Sequence record: SRR2962707_5378
Length of the DNA stretch: 62,176 nucleotides
Direction: 5' to 3' (one strand)
The translations under genes and the position numbers were made by a program. Position 1 is the stretch's first letter, and every line of letters begins with the position of its first letter. Shown here one piece after another: positions 1 to 9,688 of this stretch. The notes under the pieces were generated by a model. The model saw only the letters and a list, made by a program, of their open reading frames with translations. It was not told where the DNA came from and made no database searches.

Positions 1-38
1 CATCCTCGTCGACCTCAGCGCCGCGCTCAAACGACATG

Positions 39-328
39 CTAGCAGCACTGACATCGCGAACAATCGAAAAGGTCTTGCAATCCTTGCCGGCCACACGGCT
101 GATCGGCGCCGGCCTTCATGCGCTCAGCCGGGATCACCCATACCTTGCTGTCCAGATAGATCTCGCTCCATCGCGCGCCGGGTGCCTCGCCGGTGCGGGC
201 GGCGGCGAGGATCGTAAACCGAAGTGTCTTGGCGCTGGTCGAACCCACTGGGCGCGATGCCTGTCGTTCTTCCACGCCGTTTCATGGGTGTTGCTGTACG
301 CCCTGGCGCATTCTCGGAAGGTGGGCAC
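39..328 (-). pseudogene. P4-like tyrosine integrase remnant (frameshifted, internally deleted)
   Basis: Two frames give TFRECARAYSNTHETAWKNDRHRAQW (N-terminal SAM-like segment) joined directly to LRFTILAAARTGE..GARWSEI.LD.KVWVIPAERMKAG (box I); box II absent. Confidence 0.8.
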
Positions 329-447
329 CTTGCTGGATCTCGCCTTGCCCGCCCCGCAAGGGTCCAGCAGCGCCGCCTACGGGGGACAGACGGTGCAGCA
401 GCATCGGGGGAGCCCCGACAAACTGCAACATCGGGTCTGGAGGAGAA

Positions 448-464
448 TGGCGGAGAGAGAGGGA
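448..464 (-). other. Probable att site: copy of tRNA-Ser 3' end (TCCCTCTCTCTCCGCCA)
   Basis: + strand TGGCGGAGAGAGAGGGA is the reverse complement of a tRNA-Ser T-stem/acceptor/CCA end; the TTCGAA loop does not follow, so no full tRNA; adjacent to integrase remnant. Confidence 0.7.
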
Positions 465-542
465 CTCTCCTAGCCGTTTCAGAAACTCCAGCAAATCCGG
501 GCTTTTCAGGGCGCCTAAACGCAGATCTTTTGTAGCACCCCT

Positions 543-791
543 CTATTCATCCGGCCAGTCCTCGTGTTGCGCTTCAACGGCATTCAATTGCGCGAGCCCC
601 CGGCCTTTGGTCGACTTGGGCTCTGCAATGTTGCCCGAAACGCTCATCCCTACGAGTTCTTCATATCTATCCATATGAAGGATAACGAGTTTTCGTCGAC
701 CATGACGAGTGAGACACACCGGCTCTGTGAGTGCAGCCTCTGCCACCTCGCCTGGTCGGCGATTCAAATCCGAGAGTGTGAACTGCAACAT
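543..791 (-). CDS. Phd/YefM-family antitoxin (orphan)
   Basis: MLQFTLSDLNRRPGEVAEAALTEPVCLTRHGRRKLVIL..DRYEEL matches Phd/YefM pattern; start placed at second Met. Confidence 0.75.
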   Translation of the reverse strand: MLQFTLSDLNRRPGEVAEAALTEPVCLTRHGRRKLVILHMDRYEELVGMSVSGNIAEPKSTKGRGLAQLNAVEAQHEDWPDE

Positions 792-802
792 GATCGACCC
801 AA

Positions 803-838
803 GCATAATTACGTACTTTATGCAAAATACGTATTTTG
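803..838. promoter_or_regulatory. Tandem TACGTA-centred palindromes, probable antitoxin autoregulatory operators
   Basis: Imperfect GCATAATTACGTACTTTATGC (803-823) and perfect CAAAATACGTATTTTG (823-838) just upstream of the antitoxin start. Confidence 0.55.
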
Positions 839-1106
839 GCAGAAGTGGTCAACGCAACGGCGGCATTGACTTGCGAGTTTTTGAAAGTCGTAGGGTGGCA
901 CACGGTACGCAGGAGGCACCCGAGAAGAGCTTAAACGCTCGAGGGGACGCTGCCCGGGCAAAAACTGGAACAACAAATAGACCTTAGACTCCCGCTCTAG
1001 TCTGGACGAAAGCCCAGTCACCCTGGGTTAGTCGATCGTATGATTGCCCCTCTATGACGTCCGGGACATTAATCCACTAGGGACAACGTCAGATTTGGCA
1101 AACTCA

Positions 1107-2363
1107 ATGCATATCGATCATCCGCATAGGGCGGCAATCATGGAGGAGGTTCAAGCTAGGCCCATCGATCTCATTCCGGCCTCGTGCAGGCTACGACGAC
1201 TGGTGTTCCTAATCCCGTCAGCGCCGTCTTCCATGCAAAGGGTATTCAAGCGTTTTCAATCGTTCTGCGCTGGTTCGGACCTCATCGTCCCAGAAAGCAT
1301 GGCGCGCCAACATTCGTTCGAGCGCCAGCAACGGCACGTTACCTGGGAGTTCCATACCGAGTTCGTCACCGTTACCTGGAGAACTGAGCTGTCCGACAAG
1401 GTCAACGAACCTCACGACATTGGGCTGAGCTCGATCGATACAGGGCTACTTGTCGGGGCGGTGCGCCTTGACGTAATTCCCGAGGCGGCTGTGCCAGAAA
1501 GATTGGTGCCCGGCTTCAACCTTGCCAGTCTCTGTCTTTCCGACGTGGAGGGCGAAGCGGCTCAGGTCGCAACTGACTTCATTCCTGACGGAGACCGTTT
1601 CGTCCGCTTCGAATTCGCAGCTGGTGGCCTCACCCAACTTCGCCGCTCAATTATCGCGCGCAGGCTGCTTGAAGTAGAGACCTATCGAACGATGGCACTG
1701 CTGGCCCTGCCAGTGGCCAGAGAAGTCGCCCCCGGGGTTCGGAACGCCGAGATAACGCTATCCCAACTGATCGAACAATTGCCTGAAGCTTCTACTCAGC
1801 CCGCAACGCAGCAAGCTCTCTCTGAGCTCCACCTGCTTTCCATCCGATGCGGGCAGTTTTCCGAGCAAACGGATTATCGTTTTGCTGCAGGCAAGGCCTA
1901 TGGGGCTGTTCTGCAGGCGCGTCTGGATGGCCTGCGCGAAAGCGCTACTGTTAGAGGCTCCACTCTGCGCCACTATATTGGCAATCGCGTCGACCCGGCG
2001 TTGGCCACGTGCCTGGCCATTGAACGGCGACTGGAGCTGTTGTCAGAGAAGTTGGCACGCGCCATCGCGCTTCTCGAAGCACGAATTGGCGTCGATATGC
2101 AAAGCCAGAACGCGGCCCTTCTAGACAGCATCGCACAGACTACTCGAAGTCAACTCTTGCTGCAGCGCACCGTGGAAGGGCTGTCCACCATCGCAATCAG
2201 TTATTATCTTTTGGGCATCGTCAGCTATGGGGCCGCCGGTTGGCTTGACGAACTGCACTGGCAGAAAACGACAGTACTTTCATTAGCGACACCGTTGGTT
2301 CTTCTATTCGTCTGGATCGTCGTTAGCGGCGCTCGGCGAAAACACACCTCCCAGACGACCTGA
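1107..2363 (+). CDS. DUF3422 family membrane-anchored protein
   Basis: HP.R..I.EEV.ARP, WEFHTEF.T.T, RLLEVETYRTMALLALP, QLLLQRTVEGLS..AISYY, two C-terminal TM helices. Confidence 0.85.
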   Translation: MHIDHPHRAAIMEEVQARPIDLIPASCRLRRLVFLIPSAPSSMQRVFKRFQSFCAGSDLIVPESMARQHSFERQQRHVTWEFHTEFVTVTWRTELSDKVNEPHDIGLSSIDTGLLVGAVRLDVIPEAAVPERLVPGFNLASLCLSDVEGEAAQVATDFIPDGDRFVRFEFAAGGLTQLRRSIIARRLLEVETYRTMALLALPVAREVAPGVRNAEITLSQLIEQLPEASTQPATQQALSELHLLSIRCGQFSEQTDYRFAAGKAYGAVLQARLDGLRESATVRGSTLRHYIGNRVDPALATCLAIERRLELLSEKLARAIALLEARIGVDMQSQNAALLDSIAQTTRSQLLLQRTVEGLSTIAISYYLLGIVSYGAAGWLDELHWQKTTVLSLATPLVLLFVWIVVSGARRKHTSQTT

Positions 2364-2375
2364 CGCACCCACGCA

Positions 2376-3035
2376 TTGGAGTCGTTGCCCATCTGGGCTT
2401 TCCTTCTCGCCATTGCTTCAACGGCAGAGCTCTACCAGCCAACCGCGATCTATGGACTGCTGTCACGCGCGGTCATCGTGGTTCTAGGACCATCGCAGGA
2501 CAGGGTGGCTCGCGAGAAGACCCGCAACGTCGGAATCTGGCTGAACACGGACCAGGTCAGTTTTCGGGGATTTCCAAGCTACTTCCAGGTGCTTTCCAGC
2601 CAGCGGTTGGCTGATGTTGCCGACTTGGGGACCCTTGATGCGCACCGGATCTTACCCGAGTCGCATGCCGCTGTACCAAACCCCGCGGGGCTGGCAAAGA
2701 CTTTGTTCTTCGGTCGTGAGCTCATCAGGATGATGACGGAGGAAGGCTTCTTCGGCGTGAGGGACGCCGGGGTGCAGTTCATGTCAGACACGTTCTACTC
2801 GGCGCAGCTGACTCTCCCGGGCAATGCGCCTCCGGGACCCTATGTCGCTCAGACCTATGTGTTCAAAGACGGTGTCCTAGTGGCCCGATCCTCGGACGGC
2901 TTCGTGGTTCGCAAGGCTGGCTTTGAACGCTTTCTGGCTTTGTCTTCGGTGCAGCATCCATGGCTGTACGGCGCCGCTTGCGTGGTGCTTGCGCTTCTCA
3001 CGGGTTGGTTAGGTGGAATTGTATTCCGGCGTTGA
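2376..3035 (+). pseudogene. TIGR02186 family protein, N-terminally truncated/chimeric
   Basis: Aligns with 60785-61555 from VIVV.GP onward (GIWLNTDQV, LTLP.NAPPGPY, GWLGG..FRR); the first ~65 aa of the paralog and the TSUP partner gene are missing. Confidence 0.7.
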
Positions 3036-3223
3036 CGGCGCGCGGACAATTCCGTTGCCTATCCAGCGCCTGGTGAAATGCCCATGGCATATTCCTTCCG
3101 AGTCTACACCGCCATAAACGAGCACGGCAAGCGCACTTCGATACTCTTACTCCTGCAGACTACCGTGGTCTATTGAATCGCATTCAATTTATAGCAGAGC
3201 AAAAAATTAAAGCAGCGCTGGAC

Positions 3224-4012
3224 TCAGCAACGGTAGAACTTGCGCGCTGTTCTACTGAGCACCGCCTCTGCCTCGCCTGGGATGTCGTCAAAAAGCTCTC
3301 CCAGCCAGCCTCTGAACTCCATAGGGTTCGCACAAACTGGCCAGTTACTGCCGAACATTAGCTTGTCAGCGGACAGAAGAGCTCGCAGCCGCCCAAAATG
3401 GGCGGCAAGACGTGTCAGGAACTCCGTGTCCGACAAATTCCAGAGTGTAGGCGGGGACAGCTTGACGTGGACGTTTTCGAGTCCCCCCAGTTGGTCGAAC
3501 CGAGTGTCCCATATATCTCCCAGCGGGGGGTGGCCAGAATGGGTAAGTACAAAACTTACATCCGGCAAAGATCGACATAGGGAGGCAAATGCCTCCAGCC
3601 TACTTGGTTCGCGTACCCCAATCTCAACATGTCCGACACCTGCCATGTTCGACAATACGTCTTTGAGCTTCGAAGAAGCCAGGTCGTAGCAGTTTATGGG
3701 ACGCAGACGCAGACCACGCCATTTCTGATGTTTCGAAACGCTCTCCAACCTTTGGGCAAAACCTCGCTCTAGTGGTTGCAGATTGTTGACGAAACAGGCG
3801 ATCATCGGTTCACATGCGGCAAGTTTTGCCAATCGGTCGTCGTCGGCTGGACGGCAGCTGGTCTCCACCGCCACCACAGAGCACACACCAACTTCTCGGC
3901 TGTAATCAGTGGGGAGACAGACACGATAGGCTGGCGTCCCGGGTTTCGGCCAAGTGAGCCCATCTGGCCAATCTGGATCGTGAAAATGGGTGTGACTATC
4001 GAAACTGCGCAA
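3224..4012 (-). CDS. Amidohydrolase_2 family protein (sugar lactonase-like)
   Basis: FDSHTHF, GLRLRP, FVLTHSGHP, NVHVKLS, LMFGSNWPV. Confidence 0.85.
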   Translation of the reverse strand: MRSFDSHTHFHDPDWPDGLTWPKPGTPAYRVCLPTDYSREVGVCSVVAVETSCRPADDDRLAKLAACEPMIACFVNNLQPLERGFAQRLESVSKHQKWRGLRLRPINCYDLASSKLKDVLSNMAGVGHVEIGVREPSRLEAFASLCRSLPDVSFVLTHSGHPPLGDIWDTRFDQLGGLENVHVKLSPPTLWNLSDTEFLTRLAAHFGRLRALLSADKLMFGSNWPVCANPMEFRGWLGELFDDIPGEAEAVLSRTARKFYRC

Positions 4013-4015
4013 CCC

Positions 4016-5041
4016 CTATTCCCCGCGGAGGGGATGCAGGCAGGCGACGCGATGTAGAGACAGAGTTGCCGCCTCTACCGGTTGCAGCGTCGGAATCTCT
4101 TCAGCGCAGTCGGCCTGTGCTCGCCAGCAACGTGTCCTGAATCCGCACCCTGATGGCGGCGAAAGGGGGCTTGGAACTTCACCCTCCAGCAAGATGCGCT
4201 CGGCATCAGGAGCCTCGGGCATAGCTGACAATAGTGCCTTGGTGTAGGGATGCCTTGGGGAAGCAAAAACCGTGTCCGCCTCACCTATCTCAACCATCCT
4301 GCCCAGATACACGACGCCGATCCGGTGACACATGTGCCGGACGACTGAAAGGTCATGCGAAATAAACAGATAGCTCATGCCAAGCTTCACCTGAAGCTCG
4401 GTCAGCAGATTGAGCACCTGTGCCTGCACCGAGACGTCCAGTGCAGAAACGGCTTCATCAAGTATTAGTATTCTCGGAGACAATGCCAACGCGCGCGCAA
4501 TCGACACGCGCTGACGTTGCCCACCGGAAAACTGGTTGGGGTATCGATGCGCAAAGCTCGGGTCGAGACCAACCAGCTTCAGAAGCTCAGCCACCTTTGC
4601 AGACCGTGCTTCCGGAGCCACAACACCATGGTGGATCTCCCAAGGTTCACACAGTATCTGCTGAACTGTATGCCGCGGGTTCAGGCTTGCCCAAGGGTCC
4701 TGAAACACCATCTGCACGTTTCGCCTGACATTACTCAGTTCGGCCTCAGTGGCTGTTGCCACGTTGGTCGCTTCGAACATGATCCTGCCTGAGCTTGGGC
4801 GTTCTAGCCTCATGATGCAGCGGGCGAGGGTCGACTTGCCAGACCCAGACTCGCCAACGATGCCCAACGTGCGCCCTGCCTCCAATTCGAATGAGATGTT
4901 TTGAAGCGCTCTCACCGTTTGGGTATTTCGTGCATAGAACGGGCCCTCGGTGCTTGTGAACTCGCAGGACAAATCCTGCACCGACAAGACGGATGTAGGT
5001 CGCACGCCACCTACTGACGGCAACTGAGTGTGAGCGTTCAT
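4016..5041 (-). CDS. Opp/Dpp-type ABC ATPase (OppF-like)
   Basis: GESGSGKST, FSGGQRQR, ILDEAVSALD, HPYT..LL, C-terminal GC.FR.RC. Confidence 0.95.
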   Translation of the reverse strand: MNAHTQLPSVGGVRPTSVLSVQDLSCEFTSTEGPFYARNTQTVRALQNISFELEAGRTLGIVGESGSGKSTLARCIMRLERPSSGRIMFEATNVATATEAELSNVRRNVQMVFQDPWASLNPRHTVQQILCEPWEIHHGVVAPEARSAKVAELLKLVGLDPSFAHRYPNQFSGGQRQRVSIARALALSPRILILDEAVSALDVSVQAQVLNLLTELQVKLGMSYLFISHDLSVVRHMCHRIGVVYLGRMVEIGEADTVFASPRHPYTKALLSAMPEAPDAERILLEGEVPSPLSPPSGCGFRTRCWRAQADCAEEIPTLQPVEAATLSLHRVACLHPLRGE

Positions 5042-6054
5042 GGTTTTTCGCCGGCAAAGTGACAGAGACTGTAATGATTGCGCCCCAAATCAACTTTGGG
5101 AGGCGCGGCATCTGCACAAATGTCTTGCGCCTTGGTGCATCGGGGGCGGAATGGACAACCCTGAGGCAACCGCCGCAGATCGGGAGGCGATCCTGGAATC
5201 GGCACAAGAGAATGGCCCGGCCGGGCTGCACCGGGTGTCGATCGCATCAACCCAATCGTGTAAGGATGCGATGGGTGAGCAAACAGTGTCTCTTTGTCCG
5301 CCTCTTCAACTATGCGTCCAGCATACATGACCGCAATTCGGTCGGCCACGCGTTTGGCCACACCGAGATCATGCGTGATCAGCAGAAGACCCATACCACT
5401 CTCGTCTTGGAGACTCTGGATCAGATCAAGAACCTGCGCCTGAACAGTCACATCTAGCGCGGTAGTGGGCTCATCCGCGATCAACAGCCTCGGTCCCAGC
5501 GCGACGGCCATGGCGATCAGCGCGCGCTGCCGCATTCCTCCCGACAGTTGATGTGGATATGCGCTAAGGCGCTCGCGAGGAGATGGAATACCCACGCGCA
5601 TAAGGAGGTGTTGAGCCTCCGAAAGTGCTTGCCGCTTAGGCATGCCCAGATGAACACCGAGCAGTTCCGCCATTTGTGTCCCAATGGTGAACCGGGGGTT
5701 AAGCGATGTCAGCGCATCCTGAAAGATCAATGCCATTTCACGCCCACGAACACGTCGGTGTTCCGCTGCGCTCATTGCAGTAAGATCACGTCCCAAAAGT
5801 TGAAGTTTTTCCACTTCAACGGTACCGGGCGGCTGGGGAATCACACCCATGATCGCCTGCGCCATGACGCTCTTGCCGCTGCCGCTCTCACCGAGAACTA
5901 CGACGGATTTTCCAGCCGCCAAACGCATACTAACGCCGTTCACGGCAGAAACTTTACCCAGGTCCGAAGCGAAACTCACCCGGAGGTTTCGCATGTCCAG
6001 AATTGGCATTGCCGTGTCGGCCTCGAGTTTTTCGTCTGCAAGCAATACGGTCAT
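5038..6054 (-). CDS. Opp/Dpp-type ABC ATPase (OppD-like)
   Basis: GESGSGKS, LSGGMRQR, IADEPTTALD, GCPFRPRC. Confidence 0.95.
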   Translation of the reverse strand: MTVLLADEKLEADTAMPILDMRNLRVSFASDLGKVSAVNGVSMRLAAGKSVVVLGESGSGKSVMAQAIMGVIPQPPGTVEVEKLQLLGRDLTAMSAAEHRRVRGREMALIFQDALTSLNPRFTIGTQMAELLGVHLGMPKRQALSEAQHLLMRVGIPSPRERLSAYPHQLSGGMRQRALIAMAVALGPRLLIADEPTTALDVTVQAQVLDLIQSLQDESGMGLLLITHDLGVAKRVADRIAVMYAGRIVEEADKETLFAHPSHPYTIGLMRSTPGAARPGHSLVPIPGSPPDLRRLPQGCPFRPRCTKAQDICADAAPPKVDLGRNHYSLCHFAGEKP

Positions 6055-7019
6055 GACTTAGCGCGCTCCTTCTTTGAAACAAGCCAACGCCAGCGTTGCA
6101 CGGGGTCCGTCACCGCTCGCAGCCAAGCTGCCAGCAAATTGGCGCTAAGAGCCGTCAGAAAAATCGCTAGTCCGGGGAAAGCGACCAGCCACCAGGCCAA
6201 AGCAATATAGTCGCGCCCACCGGCGACCATTAATCCCCAAGAGCTCTCCGGGGGCTGGATACCCAGCCCTAGAAAGCTCAGTGTCGCCTCAGCCAGAATG
6301 AGCTTGGCGACTTCCATCGTTCCGAGCACAATCAAGGGCGAAAGCATATTCGGAAGTATGTGAGACCTGATGATACGGCCCCGCGAAGCGCCCAACGATC
6401 GTGAGGCTTCGACAAAGGGCGCTTCGCGGAGCGACATTGCCAGCGAACGCGCAACACGCGCATAGACCGGCCAGCGGACAACCGCGAAGATCAAAATGAT
6501 GTTCGCAAGACTAGGTCCAAGAGCATAGAGGACCAGCAGCGCAAGCATTAGGAACGGGAAACCTAGCTGCAGATCCGCCAGTCGCATCACGACGTCGTCG
6601 GTTCGTCCGCGGGCGGTTCCTGCCAAGGCCCCTAGAAAAACCCCGATCACGCCGGATACAGCGACCCCACAGAATGCGACGATCAGCGAGACTCTCGCGG
6701 AGTGAATAATGCGGCTAAAGATGTCGCGTCCAAGTGTGTCTGTGCCCATCAGGTGAATGAAGCCTTCTTGAGGGACAGTGAGGGGAGGACTGTTTCGAGT
6801 GCGTAGAGACTGAGCAGTCGGATCGTAGGGGGCCAACAATTCAGGGAAGAGCGCCACAGCGACAAGCAATAGCAGGTATACCAGGGCCACGAGGGTAACC
6901 GGGTCGCGCAGCAACGCGCGAAGGAACACCGCAATTCCCGGGCGATCCGGTAACTGGCTGGTCGTTTCAAATTGAGGCGGTAGAGCCGCGCCTGAACTGC
7001 TGGTTTCCGTCACAGACAT
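6051..7019 (-). CDS. Opp/Dpp-type ABC permease (OppC-like)
   Basis: GTDTLGRDIFSR, EAA loop FVEASRSLGA, LSFLGLG; start placed at MSVTET after upstream stop. Confidence 0.92.
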   Translation of the reverse strand: MSVTETSSSGAALPPQFETTSQLPDRPGIAVFLRALLRDPVTLVALVYLLLLVAVALFPELLAPYDPTAQSLRTRNSPPLTVPQEGFIHLMGTDTLGRDIFSRIIHSARVSLIVAFCGVAVSGVIGVFLGALAGTARGRTDDVVMRLADLQLGFPFLMLALLVLYALGPSLANIILIFAVVRWPVYARVARSLAMSLREAPFVEASRSLGASRGRIIRSHILPNMLSPLIVLGTMEVAKLILAEATLSFLGLGIQPPESSWGLMVAGGRDYIALAWWLVAFPGLAIFLTALSANLLAAWLRAVTDPVQRWRWLVSKKERAKS

Positions 7020-7023
7020 TGCC

Positions 7024-7935
7024 TCACTTGTAGCGAAGTTTGGGGTCGAGCCATGCATAGGCAAGGTCGATCGCAAGGTTGACAAAAATAATGACTGTCA
7101 CGATCACGCACACCACCGCCTCGATAAGAAACAGGTCACGATGATAGATTGCCTGTACCAACAGTCGTCCTATTCCAGGCCATGCGAACACTGTCTCGAT
7201 AGCGATTGCGCCCCCCATCAGCATGGCCATTTCGTCGCCGGCAATTGTCAGGATCGGAATGGATGCGTTCTTGAGAGCATGTCCAAACACACGCTGCTCT
7301 GGAATGCCGTTGGCTCTGGCGACATGAATGTAGGGCTTGGAGTATTCGTCCAACATTGCACTGCGCGTAATTTGCGCCATGCGGCCTATAGAGCGATACG
7401 CCAGAGCAAGAGTAGGCAGGATCAGGTGCTCAATGCCGCCATATCCTGCGGTCGGCAGCCAACCGAGCGTGACTGAGAAGAAGATGATCAGCATCAAGCC
7501 GAGCCAGAAGTCCACAATGGAAATTCCGCCCAAAGTGAAAACGGTAACAGCGCGATCAATCCAGGTTCCCGCATGCAATGCGGCTAACGTCCCTAGAAGC
7601 AACGCCGTAGGCACTGAGACTATCAGCACGCTGATCGTGAGATAGAAAGTAGGCACTATGCGATCTAGCGCAATCTCCAAGGCCGGTGACTTTTGCCATA
7701 GCGAGTCACCGAAACCGGATCCGACGCGTACAACGAAGTCAACAAATTGTCCCGACAACGGTTTGTCGAAGCCAAATTTGGCCCGCATATCGGCAATCAT
7801 CTCCTCCGACGCTTCCGCGGGCAGCATCATTTCGACGGGATCGCCTATGACATGACCAACCAGAAACACCAGCACAAGAACAGCCATCGCAACAAAGATG
7901 GACTGAAACATCCGGCGCAAAACGTATTGTTGCAT
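7024..7935 (-). CDS. Opp/Dpp-type ABC permease (OppB-like)
   Basis: YVLRR, GDPV, YI.VARANG, ETVFAWPGIG, DLAYAWLDP. Confidence 0.92.
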   Translation of the reverse strand: MQQYVLRRMFQSIFVAMAVLVLVFLVGHVIGDPVEMMLPAEASEEMIADMRAKFGFDKPLSGQFVDFVVRVGSGFGDSLWQKSPALEIALDRIVPTFYLTISVLIVSVPTALLLGTLAALHAGTWIDRAVTVFTLGGISIVDFWLGLMLIIFFSVTLGWLPTAGYGGIEHLILPTLALAYRSIGRMAQITRSAMLDEYSKPYIHVARANGIPEQRVFGHALKNASIPILTIAGDEMAMLMGGAIAIETVFAWPGIGRLLVQAIYHRDLFLIEAVVCVIVTVIIFVNLAIDLAYAWLDPKLRYK

Positions 7936-8017
7936 GACGGGCTCCTCGGACACGCATCGCAGGCTGCCCGGCGCCCGAATACAGGGGGACACCGAGCATA
8001 TCGCGTAGATTGGAGAA

Positions 8018-9583
8018 CTACTTTAGGTTGATGTCCGTCAGGCGAACGCCAGCGTGAACTGGAGGCAGGAAACTGACGCGATCTGACACGCCGTGAAACC
8101 GTACTTCGTGGTGCATGGGAATGAACCACAAATCTTCATAGGTCAGCCGGCCTATTTCAGCCAGCGCGTCTTGGCGCGCGTCACCCACTAGACCCGAGGC
8201 TACTTCTAGTCGCTCATCAATCTCGGGATTGCAGGCTACAGACAGGCGACCTTCACAAGTGTAGAACGCCGCCAGGGTCGACGCAAAGTCGTACGGATCG
8301 TTGGTGTGCTTGTGCAAAGCGATCAGTCCACGACTTGGGTCAATCGGCCGAGGTGCATTGATAAAGACATCCTGCCACGCTGGACCGCGCTCCAGAACTT
8401 CGGCTTTGACATTGGAAATACCGACTTGCTTGAGTGATTCAAGCATGACTTCCATCACCTCAGCATTACCTATGAACCCTCCCGACATTGTCGCCATCCA
8501 CAAGGGCGTTTCGTCCACGGCGACGCCATCCGCTTTTGCCTCTGCTACCAGTGAACGCGCCCGATCCATGTCGTATTCTAGAGGCGGCAATTCATCGTTG
8601 TACCCAGTTGCCGATGGCCCCACGATCATCGTGGCCGGAGCTGCACCGCCCAGCAAGACTTCCCCCATTGTCGCCCTGTCGGCAGCCAATGAGATGGCTT
8701 CACGTATGCGATGGTCCGCAAGCACAGGATTGGCGCTGTCGAGCCGGAAATAAGTTGAGGTTGTGTCAGGGCTCTGGATGCAGTTCTCACCCAGCTGCGT
8801 TTTGCAGAGCTCCCCCGGCAGTCGCTCCGCAAAATCGACTTCGCCCGCTTGAAGCGCAGCTATGCGGGACGAGGCCTCAGGCCTGAAGAGGAACGTTGCC
8901 TTGTCGTACTCGATCGCGCCATAGGTATCGGCGGCCCCAATACCCCACCATTCCGCATTATCTTCCAGGGTCAACGAAGTGCCACGTGACCATTCCGCGA
9001 CCTTGTACGGCCCAGTCCCGATGGCGATCTGCCCCCACTCTTCCGGAGATGCGAGGATTTGTTCAGAAGAAGACACATAAGTCTGCCACATTCGGGTCAG
9101 CAACAGCGGGTCCGGACTTGCGGTGCGCACTTCGAGCACCAAGTCGCCCTTGGCCTCGAAGGTCATCTCCGGTCCTCCCAGCGCACGAATCTGGAATGCG
9201 TTCTCAACATCCCAGGCATAGGCAAGTGCATGTGCGGCACCTTGAGCATCCAGCCTGGAGCCATCGTGAAAGACTACGCCGTCTCGCAGGTTGAAACGCC
9301 AAGTTTGCTGGTCCACTTGCTCCCAGGATGTCGCTAATTCCGGTACAAACTCATTTGTCGCAGGGTCGCGACCGACCAGACTTTCATACACATTGCCCAT
9401 TACAGTGCGACTATTGGCATTGTATGCGTTTGCAACATCTAGCGACGGGGGCTCTACCAGAGCGGCGATTGCTATCGCTTCCTCGGCTAAGGCAAACGTG
9501 GGTGACAGCGCGAGCACAACGCCGACTGCTGTGAAGAGCCTCGAGTTCGTTCGGCGCCGCTGTGTGTCCAGAAAACGGATCAT
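8018..9583 (-). CDS. ABC substrate-binding protein, family 5
   Basis: Signal peptide, VYESLV, PELATSW, LRDGVVFHDG, IGTGPYK. Confidence 0.92.
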   Translation of the reverse strand: MIRFLDTQRRRTNSRLFTAVGVVLALSPTFALAEEAIAIAALVEPPSLDVANAYNANSRTVMGNVYESLVGRDPATNEFVPELATSWEQVDQQTWRFNLRDGVVFHDGSRLDAQGAAHALAYAWDVENAFQIRALGGPEMTFEAKGDLVLEVRTASPDPLLLTRMWQTYVSSSEQILASPEEWGQIAIGTGPYKVAEWSRGTSLTLEDNAEWWGIGAADTYGAIEYDKATFLFRPEASSRIAALQAGEVDFAERLPGELCKTQLGENCIQSPDTTSTYFRLDSANPVLADHRIREAISLAADRATMGEVLLGGAAPATMIVGPSATGYNDELPPLEYDMDRARSLVAEAKADGVAVDETPLWMATMSGGFIGNAEVMEVMLESLKQVGISNVKAEVLERGPAWQDVFINAPRPIDPSRGLIALHKHTNDPYDFASTLAAFYTCEGRLSVACNPEIDERLEVASGLVGDARQDALAEIGRLTYEDLWFIPMHHEVRFHGVSDRVSFLPPVHAGVRLTDINLK

Positions 9584-9688
9584 TCTTTCCTCCCTTGATC
9601 TGGATCAGGCGACAAGCTGCATGACCCATTCGAAGGGAGCTTATTCAGCGCCAACAGCCTCCGAAACATCGCCGAAAATTCGTTCCGC

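Noticed and set aside
440-540. Full tRNA-Ser gene
   Set aside because: Only the last 17 nt match; no TTCGAA loop or cloverleaf follows
421-791. AACTGCAACAT repeated at 421 and 781
   Set aside because: 11-bp match, one copy is coding sequence; plausibly chance
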